DNA of 64,000 nt from Candidatus Woesearchaeota archaeon (lineage in GTDB: Archaea; Nanobdellota; Nanobdellia; Woesearchaeales; JAGVYF01). The notes under the pieces are model-generated. The model ran no database searches. It was not told the DNA's origin and worked only from the letters and a program-made list of their open reading frames with translations. The translations under genes were made by a program, and so were the position numbers. Position 1 is the first letter of the stretch. Every line of letters starts with the position of its first letter. Where the stretch lies: positions 65,599-129,598 of the forward strand of contig JBAZLJ010000002.1 of the NCBI GenBank assembly GCA_041650315.1. Reading direction: 5' to 3'. This document shows positions 10,031 through 19,265 of this stretch, piece by piece.

Positions 10031-10588
10031 ATGGATGAAAACCTAGTCGATCTCATTCTACAGATGAAAAATAGTAGCTATACTAACGACCAAATCATAC
10101 AGCAGCTACAGAATCAAGGCTATAATAGTCAAGACATATATGATGCTATGACTACCGCTGATATGAGAACTGGTCAGCCTATCATGGAAGAAGGACAGAT
10201 GTTCCAAGGCACTCAAAGTTATGATATCGCACAAGCGCCTGTAGAAAATCTTCAGATGTCATCTGTCCGTGATGAGATTGAAGCGACAGCTGAATCCATA
10301 ATCGAAGAGAAGTGGGCAGAATTCGAAGATTCTGTCAAACGTATACTTGACTGGAAAGCTGAAGTAGAAACTAAAATAGAAAGCTTCACTAAAGAATTAG
10401 ATGATCTTAAACTTGACATATCAAACCTGCAGAAGGGCATATTCGGTAAAATGAACGAATATGATAAAAGCATAATGAATGTCGGCACTGATATAAAATC
10501 AATGGAAAAAGTATTCAAAGAAATATTGCCTGCATTCACAGAGAATGTGCAAGAGTTAGGAAGATTAACCGGCAAAACGAAGAAATAG
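10031..10588 (+). CDS. Coiled-coil hypothetical protein with a small N-terminal helical domain
   Basis: IIQQLQNQGY N-terminus, AESIIEEKW, long coiled coil. Confidence 0.7.
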   Translation: MDENLVDLILQMKNSSYTNDQIIQQLQNQGYNSQDIYDAMTTADMRTGQPIMEEGQMFQGTQSYDIAQAPVENLQMSSVRDEIEATAESIIEEKWAEFEDSVKRILDWKAEVETKIESFTKELDDLKLDISNLQKGIFGKMNEYDKSIMNVGTDIKSMEKVFKEILPAFTENVQELGRLTGKTKK

Positions 10589-10637
10589 ATTTTTCTAAAT
10601 ATTTTTAATTTTAAACTAAAAAATAGAAATAATAATC

Positions 10638-11252
10638 TTATTTCTTAGGCAGTATAACATCGCCAGCAAGAAGCTTTATCGTGAATGCCGCGATTATCAG
10701 CACCAGAAGCATGCCGAGCACCTTTGGATGGAATATTGTCGCTGCGAAATTGACTTCTCCGCTTGCTGTAGCAACTCCATATTCATCAGTGTAATTTGCC
10801 GCTGTCGATGGTGTTATTATCGGCAGGACTGTGCCGGATGAACCGACATAGACTGAAGAGCCGCCGAAAAATACTTTACCGATAGCTCCTGCTAAGATAA
10901 TTATCGAAATGACAAGGATCCAATAGGTAAGGAAACGCGCATCATCAGATGTCTCGAATGCTCTTGTGATTGCTCCTTCAGATACTCCGAAGAATTTCAG
11001 GAATATCAAGAAAAACATTGCGAATATCAACATCATCGCGAACCATGGCGACATATATTGGATGACTGCTGTCGCTTGAGGTGAAAGCACAGTTAATAGC
11101 GCTACTACCAACGCGATTATTGAATGAAGACTCTGATTCTTGCCAAGCACTTCACGCCATTGCAATGCGCTGTATGTCACAGCCCAGACTAATATGAATG
11201 GAAAAAGTACCTGGACGTATTTCAGTATCCCGATATCTAGGAAGGTTGCCAT
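10638..11252 (-). CDS. Membrane hypothetical protein (paralog 3 of 3)
   Basis: Multi-TM protein with shared N-terminal LFPFILVW motif. Confidence 0.75.
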   Translation of the reverse strand: MATFLDIGILKYVQVLFPFILVWAVTYSALQWREVLGKNQSLHSIIALVVALLTVLSPQATAVIQYMSPWFAMMLIFAMFFLIFLKFFGVSEGAITRAFETSDDARFLTYWILVISIIILAGAIGKVFFGGSSVYVGSSGTVLPIITPSTAANYTDEYGVATASGEVNFAATIFHPKVLGMLLVLIIAAFTIKLLAGDVILPKK

Positions 11253-11258
11253 TTTTCT

Positions 11259-11864
11259 TTATTTCTTAGTCGTTGGTGGTTCCATCTTCTTGAAAAAATT
11301 GCTCATCAATTCTGGGAACCATTTATGGAATGGTTTATCATCCCCTTTATCTTCACTTGTGATGAACATAATCATTAGGACGAATATCGCTACCATGACA
11401 ATCAATGCCTGCGTATCCTGATTCAGCCAGTAGAACATTGACGTATTGAACCAGCCTGCTGATGAACCGAAGATGTATCCTACGATTAGTAGACATGTGA
11501 TCGCAAGCATTCCGCCATAGGCAGTATTTGCATATTCTGTGAATTGTATTCCGAAGATTGATAATAGTATGAGCATGCTAAACACAACTATCAATGCCAA
11601 TCCTATGTAGGGCATTGAATTATTGATTATATCAACAACATCTGCATTGAATCCATAATAGCTATAGTTTCCGCCTGTCACGTGCGGGAATATGACTGCC
11701 AATGAGATAGCTAAAGATAGAGTCATAGCAATAGATTTCTTGTTGAACATTGGTATGTTTCTTATTACAACATAAGAAACTGTGAATATTAAAAGGAAAG
11801 GAAGTACTACATCTTGAACACCGAGAGTGTCCAATGCCCTGATTGCGTTATCAAAAAAAGTCAT
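11259..11864 (-). CDS. Membrane hypothetical protein (paralog 2 of 3)
   Basis: Multi-TM protein, GVQDVVLPFLLIFT. Confidence 0.75.
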   Translation of the reverse strand: MTFFDNAIRALDTLGVQDVVLPFLLIFTVSYVVIRNIPMFNKKSIAMTLSLAISLAVIFPHVTGGNYSYYGFNADVVDIINNSMPYIGLALIVVFSMLILLSIFGIQFTEYANTAYGGMLAITCLLIVGYIFGSSAGWFNTSMFYWLNQDTQALIVMVAIFVLMIMFITSEDKGDDKPFHKWFPELMSNFFKKMEPPTTKK

Positions 11865-11874
11865 TTTGTATCAC

Positions 11875-12462
11875 CTATTCTTTCTTCGGAGCTTCCGGTG
11901 TTTTTGGAGTCGGCTCGTATGTTATCCCATACATGAATAATGCTATCATTCCTATCAATATGATGCTGCCCACCCATTCGCTGTCCCAATTATCTGACAT
12001 GTAATCATAGAACCAATCAAGCATTGACTGATCCCCATAAGGTATTGCATGGAAGAAAATCAACAGGACGCCTAGGATGGTGAATATCGTGAAAAAGTAC
12101 ATCGACCAAGATTTAGGATCGAATTTGAATTCTCCTGTGCCGTAAAATATGCCCAAGAGCATCAATGTGCTGACACCGACTAATGCTAGCACAACAACAT
12201 TGCCCATTGCTTCATTGATTAATGAAACTAACTGAGCAGATGCTATTACGAAAAATGCTATGACGAATGCTACTATTGAATTAAGGTTCTTCTTAGTGAA
12301 CTTTGTCTTGCCGTCAGATGCAGTATCTTCGCCTAAGACTCTGGTCTTTTCCAGTATGGCGAACATTATAGTGAAAACAAGCAAGAACGGAAGAATCACA
12401 TCATAAACTCCAATCTTATCTAAAAAGATTATGACGTTCCCTAGCACCGTCTCTTTTACCAT
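11875..12462 (-). CDS. Membrane hypothetical protein (paralog 1 of 3)
   Basis: Multi-TM protein, GVYDVILPFLLVFT. Confidence 0.75.
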   Translation of the reverse strand: MVKETVLGNVIIFLDKIGVYDVILPFLLVFTIMFAILEKTRVLGEDTASDGKTKFTKKNLNSIVAFVIAFFVIASAQLVSLINEAMGNVVVLALVGVSTLMLLGIFYGTGEFKFDPKSWSMYFFTIFTILGVLLIFFHAIPYGDQSMLDWFYDYMSDNWDSEWVGSIILIGMIALFMYGITYEPTPKTPEAPKKE

Positions 12463-12566
12463 ATAGCTATTTTATAGGATATATTATTTATAAACCTTTG
12501 GTTTTTGATTTCTGAGTATATTATAACCCATATCGTAAGTATACTACATAGTTAATGTAGAATTTA

Positions 12567-12674
12567 GTCTGCAACGGATAAATTTTCTACTTTCCTTTGC
12601 TATGATAGCCATTCCCGGGACTGGTTCCTTGGCTATTCTCTTCTTTTGCTACAAAATTTATAGTTGTTGCAGAC
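12567..12674. repeat. Structured intergenic element family B, copy 1
   Basis: 108 bp with IR GTCTGCAAC/GTTGCAGAC. Homologous to 56725..56832. Confidence 0.85.
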
Positions 12675-12721
12675 CAATATGGTACAAACATTTATAAATT
12701 AACTTCTACGAACTATATATT

Positions 12722-13297
12722 ATGATAAATGAAAAAGATTTCAAAGAAATGAAGGACGAAATGCTCAAATTCGATTCTCATAGAGAATTGCTTATCAAAA
12801 AGTCAAGAGACGTACTTAAGCTGTCAAAGCAAGTCATATATGCAGTACATAGAGTTGATATGAAGGATGCTGAAAAACTCACTAAAGTTATGATTGCAGA
12901 ACTTGATGAACTCAATCAATATATCAAGAAGAACCCTAAGATGTACCACCAAGGGTCATACAAAGTGTCTGTCCAAGAGTATGTGGAAGCTATGCTATTC
13001 TATGGTTTTGTCAAAGAAAACAGGTTGATGACAAGGAAAGAGCTCAATGTTGATGCAGATTATTACTTACTTGGTCTGGCTGACTTGTCCGGCGAATTGG
13101 TGAGAAAAGCGATACTTGACGCTACCAACAAGAACTATGAAAGCCCTAAACAGATCAGGGAGATAGTGGCTCAGATATACCAATGGCTGCTTGAATTCGA
13201 TATCCGTGACGGCGAATTGCGCAAGAAGTTTGACGGAATCAAGTACGATCTCAAAAAGCTTGAAGATTTGTGCTTCCAGCTGAGTATGGTTCATTAA
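12722..13297 (+). CDS. Translin/TRAX (C3PO-like) family protein
   Basis: RELLIKKSRD, QEYVEA, YLLGLADLSGEL, LRKKFD. Confidence 0.9.
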   Translation: MINEKDFKEMKDEMLKFDSHRELLIKKSRDVLKLSKQVIYAVHRVDMKDAEKLTKVMIAELDELNQYIKKNPKMYHQGSYKVSVQEYVEAMLFYGFVKENRLMTRKELNVDADYYLLGLADLSGELVRKAILDATNKNYESPKQIREIVAQIYQWLLEFDIRDGELRKKFDGIKYDLKKLEDLCFQLSMVH

Positions 13298-13343
13298 GTT
13301 CAACTTTTATATATTAGTTAATTATTTCCACTATAGTTTCCAT

Positions 13344-13445
13344 AGGGTCGTGGTCTAGTGGCTACGCGCTTCCGTTCAGGAACGCGCCACAGATGACGTC
13401 GGTCTCACTCACCGAAGATCAGGGGTTCGAATCCCCTCGACCCTA
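13344..13445 (+). tRNA. tRNA-Val(CAC) with a 29-nt D-loop BHB intron (13364..13392)
   Basis: Acceptor AGGGTCG/CGACCCT, arm TCGGT-CTCACTC-ACCGA, T arm AGGGG-TTCGAAT-CCCCT. BHB helix GTGG/CCAC with CTA and AGA bulges. Confidence 0.85.
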
Positions 13446-13563
13446 TTTTCTTTTATTTCTTCGTATGACTTTGCGTAGCAAATGTCATACTTGCGTTGTT
13501 TGGTCAAGCTTTTGCGTAGCGAAGCGGAGTCAAAAGGTTGGTTCCTGCATCCCCTCGACCCTA
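13431..13563. repeat. 15-bp direct repeat of the tRNA-Val 3' end bracketing a hairpin insert
   Basis: ATCCCCTCGACCCTA at 13431..13445 and 13549..13563. Confidence 0.85.
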
Positions 13564-13634
13564 CTTCTTATCATTCTTCTAAATTATATCTAAATAAGCA
13601 ATATTTAAATAGCCAGTTTTCCATAACTCTCATT

Positions 13635-14078
13635 ATGCTAATCACTACGCATATACTTGCCGGCTTAGTTGTCGGCAAATATCTCGGGCCAGAACATATG
13701 TTGCCAATATTGCTAGGATCAGTGCTAATTGATCTCGATCATATCTATGATATGGTCAAGCATGGATGGAAATATGGCATAAAGAAATCGTTCGAAATAT
13801 TGTTCATGCCATTCCCTGAAGAGAATGAACAACGTACTTTTTTCCATTCGATATTCGGTTGGATCCTGGTATCAACTATACTCTATCTAGTGGATCCAGT
13901 GTTCGGCAAATATTTCAGCATAGGCTATGCGGTGCATCTTTTATTGGATTCATTAGATACATCTGAATTGCAATTGTTCTATCCGCAGAAGTACAATGTG
14001 ACTGGGTTCATAGAATACAATTCATTGATGGAATATCTTTTCGGCATCGGATTGTTTATAATTTATTTCTTCTTTTAG
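13635..14078 (+). CDS. Membrane-bound metal-dependent hydrolase (YdjM-like)
   Basis: TTH, DLDH, RTFFHS and HLLLD motifs with TM helices. Start corrected to ATG 13635. Confidence 0.85.
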   Translation: MLITTHILAGLVVGKYLGPEHMLPILLGSVLIDLDHIYDMVKHGWKYGIKKSFEILFMPFPEENEQRTFFHSIFGWILVSTILYLVDPVFGKYFSIGYAVHLLLDSLDTSELQLFYPQKYNVTGFIEYNSLMEYLFGIGLFIIYFFF

Positions 14079-15169
14079 ATATTCTTCCACTTTGCTACGA
14101 AATCTTTCTTGAACATAGAATAAGTGTCTTCCTTGATCGCTTCTCTGATTTTTTCTATGAATCTCTGCATGAAATAGATATTGTGATAACTTTTGAAGCG
14201 TTTGCCTGCAGGCTCTTGTATCTTAGTAAGATGATGAATGTACGCTTTTGAATAGCTCTTGCAGACATGACAATCGCAGCCTTCAACCATTGGCGAATTG
14301 TCGTTCTTGTATCTGCCTTGCGAAATATTGAGTATACCATCGAATGTGAATATCATATCATGCCTTGCATTCTTTGTTGGATAGACTGAATCGAAACAAT
14401 CTACGCCTAGCTCTATGCAATCTAATATGTCAACCGGATTGCCTACGCCCATTACGTATCTAGGTTTCTCTTTTGTTATGTATGGAATAGCTGATTCCAA
14501 TCCTAGATGCATCTGCTGTTTTGTTTCTCCGATTGCAAGACCGCCGATTGCTATTCCGTCGAATTCTAACGAACTTATGTATTCTGCGCTCTTCTTTCTC
14601 AGATCGGGTTCGAAACCGCCTTGACAGATGCCGAACAACAATTGTTTCTTATCAGTGTGATATTCTACGCATTCTTTTGCCCAACGATGAGTCTTGTTGA
14701 TTGATTCTAGAAATTCTTCTCTTGTGGCTTTCGGACCGGACATAGAATCGAGCATCATAGCGACATCGCAACCGATGTCCATCTGAATGTTCATTATCCT
14801 TTCAGGTGTAATGACATGCTTCTTGCCGTTGAACGGCGAAAGGAAGTGCAAGCCTTTGCTTGAATTGGTGAGATACATACTCCTTGATGCCTGGAATCCT
14901 CCGCAATCTGTGAAGATGCAGCCATCATAATTGATGAACTTGTGGATTCCGCCTGCGTTCTTGATAGTTTCAACGCCCGGCGCCATGGATAGCACTAAAG
15001 AATTGCAGATTATGTTTCTTGCGCCAATCTCTTTGTAATCATCAGTTGAAATGCATTTGCCTGAGCCCATTGTGGCGACTGGCATGAAGAAGGGAGTCTC
15101 AAACTTTCCTGAACGCGTTTTCAGCTCGCCTAGTCTGGCTTCTCCTGATTGATGTTTAATCTTGAACAT
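14075..15169 (-). CDS. tgt: tRNA-guanine transglycosylase, bacterial-like (no PUA domain)
   Basis: TPFFMPVAT, TDCGGFQ, GICQGG, GGLAIGE, YVMGVG, DCFDSVYPT, Zn site CDCHVC...H. Confidence 0.92.
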   Translation of the reverse strand: MFKIKHQSGEARLGELKTRSGKFETPFFMPVATMGSGKCISTDDYKEIGARNIICNSLVLSMAPGVETIKNAGGIHKFINYDGCIFTDCGGFQASRSMYLTNSSKGLHFLSPFNGKKHVITPERIMNIQMDIGCDVAMMLDSMSGPKATREEFLESINKTHRWAKECVEYHTDKKQLLFGICQGGFEPDLRKKSAEYISSLEFDGIAIGGLAIGETKQQMHLGLESAIPYITKEKPRYVMGVGNPVDILDCIELGVDCFDSVYPTKNARHDMIFTFDGILNISQGRYKNDNSPMVEGCDCHVCKSYSKAYIHHLTKIQEPAGKRFKSYHNIYFMQRFIEKIREAIKEDTYSMFKKDFVAKWKNI

Positions 15170-15201
15170 ATATAATAGAATTATAGTGTCGGTTTTAAAT
15201 G

Positions 15202-15540
15202 TTATGCTTCTTCATGAACGTAATCTTTGCCGAAATTGTTCCGGTATAGAGAATTCATCTCCCTCTGCATCTTATACATCTTATACTTCTCGCAATATTT
15301 CGTAAGCCACCACATGCATTGGTCAGCCAATTCTTGATCCTTCTCATGACAATATTTAGTAAACCCTGCTATGAATTCACCTATCTCTTTTTCCAACTTA
15401 GAATCTTCCAAAATAGCATCAAGATCCAAAGGCTCCGCGAGCTTGAGATTATTCCTCACTGCAGCACGGACTCTATGATATTTCTTTTTCAGCGACTCTT
15501 CTTGGATATCTGATATCTTGATAGGTTTGCGCTCTACCAT
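15202..15540 (-). CDS. Hypothetical protein
   Basis: Overlaps the mre11 stop, suggesting translational coupling. Confidence 0.6.
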   Translation of the reverse strand: MVERKPIKISDIQEESLKKKYHRVRAAVRNNLKLAEPLDLDAILEDSKLEKEIGEFIAGFTKYCHEKDQELADQCMWWLTKYCEKYKMYKMQREMNSLYRNNFGKDYVHEEA

Positions 15541-16742
15541 ATTACACCTGAAAGCTCCTGCTTAAGCTTTGATTCGAAGTCAAGAACCCTTTCTTCTTCG
15601 GCTTTCTCCATTGACAATGTTTTTAATAATGAATTGATCAAACCTTTCTCTTTGATTGTGTCCATATCGGGAATTTTTATCTTGCCGATGTGCTGGTCGA
15701 TGAGTTCATTCTCGATCGATTCGACGTTATCGACATTGACTTTTATCTCTTCGAATTCTGTTGTAGTTATTCCGGACGTGTTCTTCATCACGAAATATGC
15801 GGACTTTTCATACAATGTCTGGAAAATGCCGTTGAAATCAATATCCGAAATCCTACCGGATTCCAATTTGCCGTAGACTCTTAATGTGACTATTGTGTTG
15901 TTGAATTCTTTAGTACCAATCTTTGAAAGAATCATCTCATGCACTTGCTGCGGAGTCTTGTGCTGGCAATCTAGATCAAGACTAAATGTGTTGTATACTG
16001 ATACCGGAATCCATTCTACTTTATCGTTATCGATTATGTAGAATCCACCATTGCCGTACTTTTCCAGTTCGGCAAAATTAGCCGGGAATAGTGCGCCGGG
16101 ATAAGTGATCATGCCGTAATCAGGCTCTTGCTTCTGGAAGATGTAATGGACGTGCCCGCCGGCGTAGTAATTGAAGTTCTTGGGTAATAATGATAACGGC
16201 TGCGCTTCCATGTGCTCCATATCGTTCGGCTTGAATTCAGACAATGCTGTGTGGAACATGAATATCTTGTAACCAGGTTCTTGCTCTAGGTTTTCGTGCA
16301 TTAAATTTTCGTAATAAATCTTATCGAGCATGCCTTTCTTGCCTAGCAATCCTGTGATCTTCGCGCCGGTCTTCTTGTCGATCGTGAAATTCAGCTTTAG
16401 CTTGCCTTCTACGATTTCGCCTTTGACTACATTTGTTAGAAGTCCTGCATTCTCTAGAACGTCAAGCATTGTCTTGCCGGATGGCGAGAAGTCATGGCTG
16501 CCCGGGATGATGTAGACCGGAATGTTATTTTCGCTCAACGACTTCAGTTTGGTCACGACTTCCTTGAGAAGGTCAATGCTAGGCAATGATGTGTTGAACA
16601 GATCGCCTGCGATAAGAACGAAGTCTACCTTTCTCTCTATACACTGCTCTATCGCTTTGCTGAACACTTTCGTGCTTATGTCCTTCAGCTTGTCATCTCT
16701 CCAGGAACCGATGTGGCAGTCTGCGAGATGCGCGAATTTCAT
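15534..16742 (-). CDS. mre11: Mre11 DNA double-strand break repair nuclease
   Basis: HLADCH, AGDLF, PGSHD, FH, GGHVH phosphoesterase motifs, next to herA. Confidence 0.92.
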   Translation of the reverse strand: MKFAHLADCHIGSWRDDKLKDISTKVFSKAIEQCIERKVDFVLIAGDLFNTSLPSIDLLKEVVTKLKSLSENNIPVYIIPGSHDFSPSGKTMLDVLENAGLLTNVVKGEIVEGKLKLNFTIDKKTGAKITGLLGKKGMLDKIYYENLMHENLEQEPGYKIFMFHTALSEFKPNDMEHMEAQPLSLLPKNFNYYAGGHVHYIFQKQEPDYGMITYPGALFPANFAELEKYGNGGFYIIDNDKVEWIPVSVYNTFSLDLDCQHKTPQQVHEMILSKIGTKEFNNTIVTLRVYGKLESGRISDIDFNGIFQTLYEKSAYFVMKNTSGITTTEFEEIKVNVDNVESIENELIDQHIGKIKIPDMDTIKEKGLINSLLKTLSMEKAEEERVLDFESKLKQELSGVIW

Positions 16743-16797
16743 TGAGATTGTGATGCCTGATGGAATTATAAAGATATGTTTAGGAGAAAATATAGGT

Positions 16798-18321
16798 CTA
16801 TAGTTTAATTCCGCCGAAACTAAGATTGCTCTGCCCCTTTTTCTGCAAAATAGATTTGTCGAACAACGGAATCTTCACAGGAATTGCGAATTTCGAGAAG
16901 TTGGATGAGATGATGGCTTCGCCTTTATCTAAAGATGCAATCGTCCTGTTCGCCGCGCTCAAGTCCTGGCTTGCGCTGTCGATTATCGCCTGCCTCTCTG
17001 CAGCCATCTCTATGCCGAGGATTATCTTCGTGTTCATGTTCGCCAAAATCTGCCTTGGTATGAGCGAAGGAAGCTGAGTTATGGCTGTAAGACCAATGCG
17101 GAACTTACGTCCCTCTCTGGCGATTGTCGCGAATATGTTCGGGCCTTCTTCTAGAACTTCTTTACCAAGCACTCTCGGCGCTTCTTCTAGAACTATAGAA
17201 ATCACCGGCTTTTCACTTAACCTACCTTGCGACTTATATTTCTTATACCTGTTGAATATCTCTGAAGTGATGAGCGATCCAATCAATATCTCTACTGCGC
17301 CTGAGAATGAGGAAGTGTCTATCACCACTTTCTTCCCCGTCTCGAGCTCGCTGCAGATATCGCTGACTATCATCTCGCCAGCGTTCAGAGTAAATACACC
17401 ATTGCAGAATAATTGATTCTCAGCAAATTCCAGATCCAATACATTGAGCAATCTCCTCTTTATCACTGCCAATGTCGCCTCATAGAAATCCACTTCCAGA
17501 GGCTTGTCCAATATTATCGATTGAATCCAAGTATCGCCATATCTTTTGTAATATGAAGCCAATGCCTGTTTCTGCGCGTCTGAAAAAGTTATCGCGCCAT
17601 CGAAATGATGCGGTTTAAGAGTTCTTAGATTAATCTTCAATGTGCTGCATCCAACAGGCACTTCATTGTGAGTATAATATCTTACGTTCTCTTTCATCGG
17701 ATGGTCTTTCAGTCCGAACTTGGTCCTTCCGTAATATTCGTCATGCGGGTCGAGTACAAGGATTCCGCAGTAGTCCTTGTCGATTGTGTTCCATAATAGG
17801 TTCGACATCAAAACAGATTTGCCTCTGCCGGTCGTTCCTGCAATCATTATGTGATGACTGAACACTTGGTCGCCTGGAAGGTTTACGTCAACGTCAAGCA
17901 TCTTCGAGCCGGAACGGATCTTGCCGAAGCACATTGAATTATCCGGTTTCGATAGGAATGTGAGATCTTCTTTTGTGAGCTCTCTTGCTTCGGAGAAAAA
18001 TGCAGGCAATGTTTTGCACAAGACTGCGTTGTTGTTGCTGACTTGAAGAACTGGTTTGAGGATTGCTAATGTGTACGTTCTGAGTTCTGGATCCAATAAT
18101 TCTAGGTCTTCGTTTATGTCCTGCTCCAGTTTTATGCCGGACATCAGCTCGAGATTCTGCTGCGATATCTGGCTGCCGAACACTAAATCAATGACTTCGA
18201 GAATTATCTTCTGATTTGAATCTTCTGTGACAAGCAGTTCACCAATCTCGACCGGCTTGCCGGATTTCTGTCTCGCGACTATACGACCGAGCTCGCCTGA
18301 TATGATTAACGCTTTTGTCAT
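16798..18321 (-). CDS. herA: HerA helicase/translocase
   Basis: N-terminal HAS barrel, [36 protein letters not shown]. Confidence 0.92.
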   Translation of the reverse strand: MTKALIISGELGRIVARQKSGKPVEIGELLVTEDSNQKIILEVIDLVFGSQISQQNLELMSGIKLEQDINEDLELLDPELRTYTLAILKPVLQVSNNNAVLCKTLPAFFSEARELTKEDLTFLSKPDNSMCFGKIRSGSKMLDVDVNLPGDQVFSHHIMIAGTTGRGKSVLMSNLLWNTIDKDYCGILVLDPHDEYYGRTKFGLKDHPMKENVRYYTHNEVPVGCSTLKINLRTLKPHHFDGAITFSDAQKQALASYYKRYGDTWIQSIILDKPLEVDFYEATLAVIKRRLLNVLDLEFAENQLFCNGVFTLNAGEMIVSDICSELETGKKVVIDTSSFSGAVEILIGSLITSEIFNRYKKYKSQGRLSEKPVISIVLEEAPRVLGKEVLEEGPNIFATIAREGRKFRIGLTAITQLPSLIPRQILANMNTKIILGIEMAAERQAIIDSASQDLSAANRTIASLDKGEAIISSNFSKFAIPVKIPLFDKSILQKKGQSNLSFGGIKL

Positions 18322-18394
18322 CGGATGTTTGATTGGTCAATCTGTTTTTAAGCATTTATGCTGGTCTGATTTATAGTATCTAAAACTACGTTTA

Positions 18395-18510
18395 AGTTAG
18401 CATCAGGTTCGACTTGTACTTCTAATTGTATATAACTGACATTTCCCGTAGGGACAACCCCCTTGTCAGTTCTAAATATAGCATGATAAGTCTCACAAGT
18501 GATGCTAACT
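18395..18510. repeat. Structured intergenic element family A, divergent copy 2
   Basis: IR AGTTAGCATCA/TGATGCTAACT (same as the 57425 copy), with conserved GTTCG...CTTCT...CCCTTG...CATGAT...CTCAC order. Confidence 0.7.
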
Positions 18511-18554
18511 GACTAACAGCAATTTATTTAAATGAGCAACCCAAAAAGAACAAT

Positions 18555-18875
18555 ATGCACGAGCTTTTCGCAGTACAGAAGCTGATAGAAGAGGCAAAGA
18601 AACAGGGCGAAGTAGTCGAAATCAGGTTAGAGCTTGGCGAACTTGCGCCTGTGGAAGACCATGATTTGCTTAAAGTTTTTAAAAACTTGACCGAATGGAA
18701 AGTCAAGATTGTGCCGTTGAAAGCGAAAGTCAAATGCGAGTGCGGTTATGAAGGCGAGCCGAAAATAGTAGATAGGACTCACGATTCTGTAGTATATGTC
18801 TGCCCGAAATGTGGAAAGAAGCCAAAGATAGAAGAGGGCGACGAGATAATACTTTCTGAAGTTGTTGTCAAATGA
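18555..18875 (+). CDS. hypA: Hydrogenase nickel chaperone HypA
   Basis: N-terminal MHE, CECG and CPKCG zinc sites. Confidence 0.9.
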   Translation: MHELFAVQKLIEEAKKQGEVVEIRLELGELAPVEDHDLLKVFKNLTEWKVKIVPLKAKVKCECGYEGEPKIVDRTHDSVVYVCPKCGKKPKIEEGDEIILSEVVVK

Positions 18876-19192
18876 TAACAGTGTATTGTTTCGGCAATGA
18901 ATACATTTCTAATGATAAGCTGGCTAAGGAAATAGCTGGCAAACTTTCTGTTCCGGATGTTGAATTCGTACTTTGCGATGGGATTGAAGACATATTTGAA
19001 GTCCAAGGAACAATCTACATAATGGATGTCGTCAAAAACTTGCGCGAAGTCACTATACTCCACGGAATGGAATACTTCAAAGTGAATCCTTCTGTGTCCT
19101 GCCATGATTTCGATCTAGGGTATTTCCTGAAGCTGTTCCAGAAGATGGGCAGGATAGGCGATGTTGTTGTTATCGGTCTTCCTATGCAATAA
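18872..19192 (+). CDS. Hydrogenase maturation protease-like protein (short)
   Basis: CFGNEYISND, IMDVV, SCHD, VVVIGL resemble the HycI/HybD fold. Coupled to hypA. Confidence 0.65.
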   Translation: MITVYCFGNEYISNDKLAKEIAGKLSVPDVEFVLCDGIEDIFEVQGTIYIMDVVKNLREVTILHGMEYFKVNPSVSCHDFDLGYFLKLFQKMGRIGDVVVIGLPMQ

Positions 19193-19265
19193 GTTCTGCG
19201 ATATATATTTTGAGACCTAAAGATAATTATATATAATATTATATTAAGGTCGCATACGTAAGAAA

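Noticed and set aside
13393..13634. ORFs 13393..13593 and the 5' extension 13482..13634
   Set aside because: They overlap tRNA-Val and the hairpin insert, so they are likely spurious.
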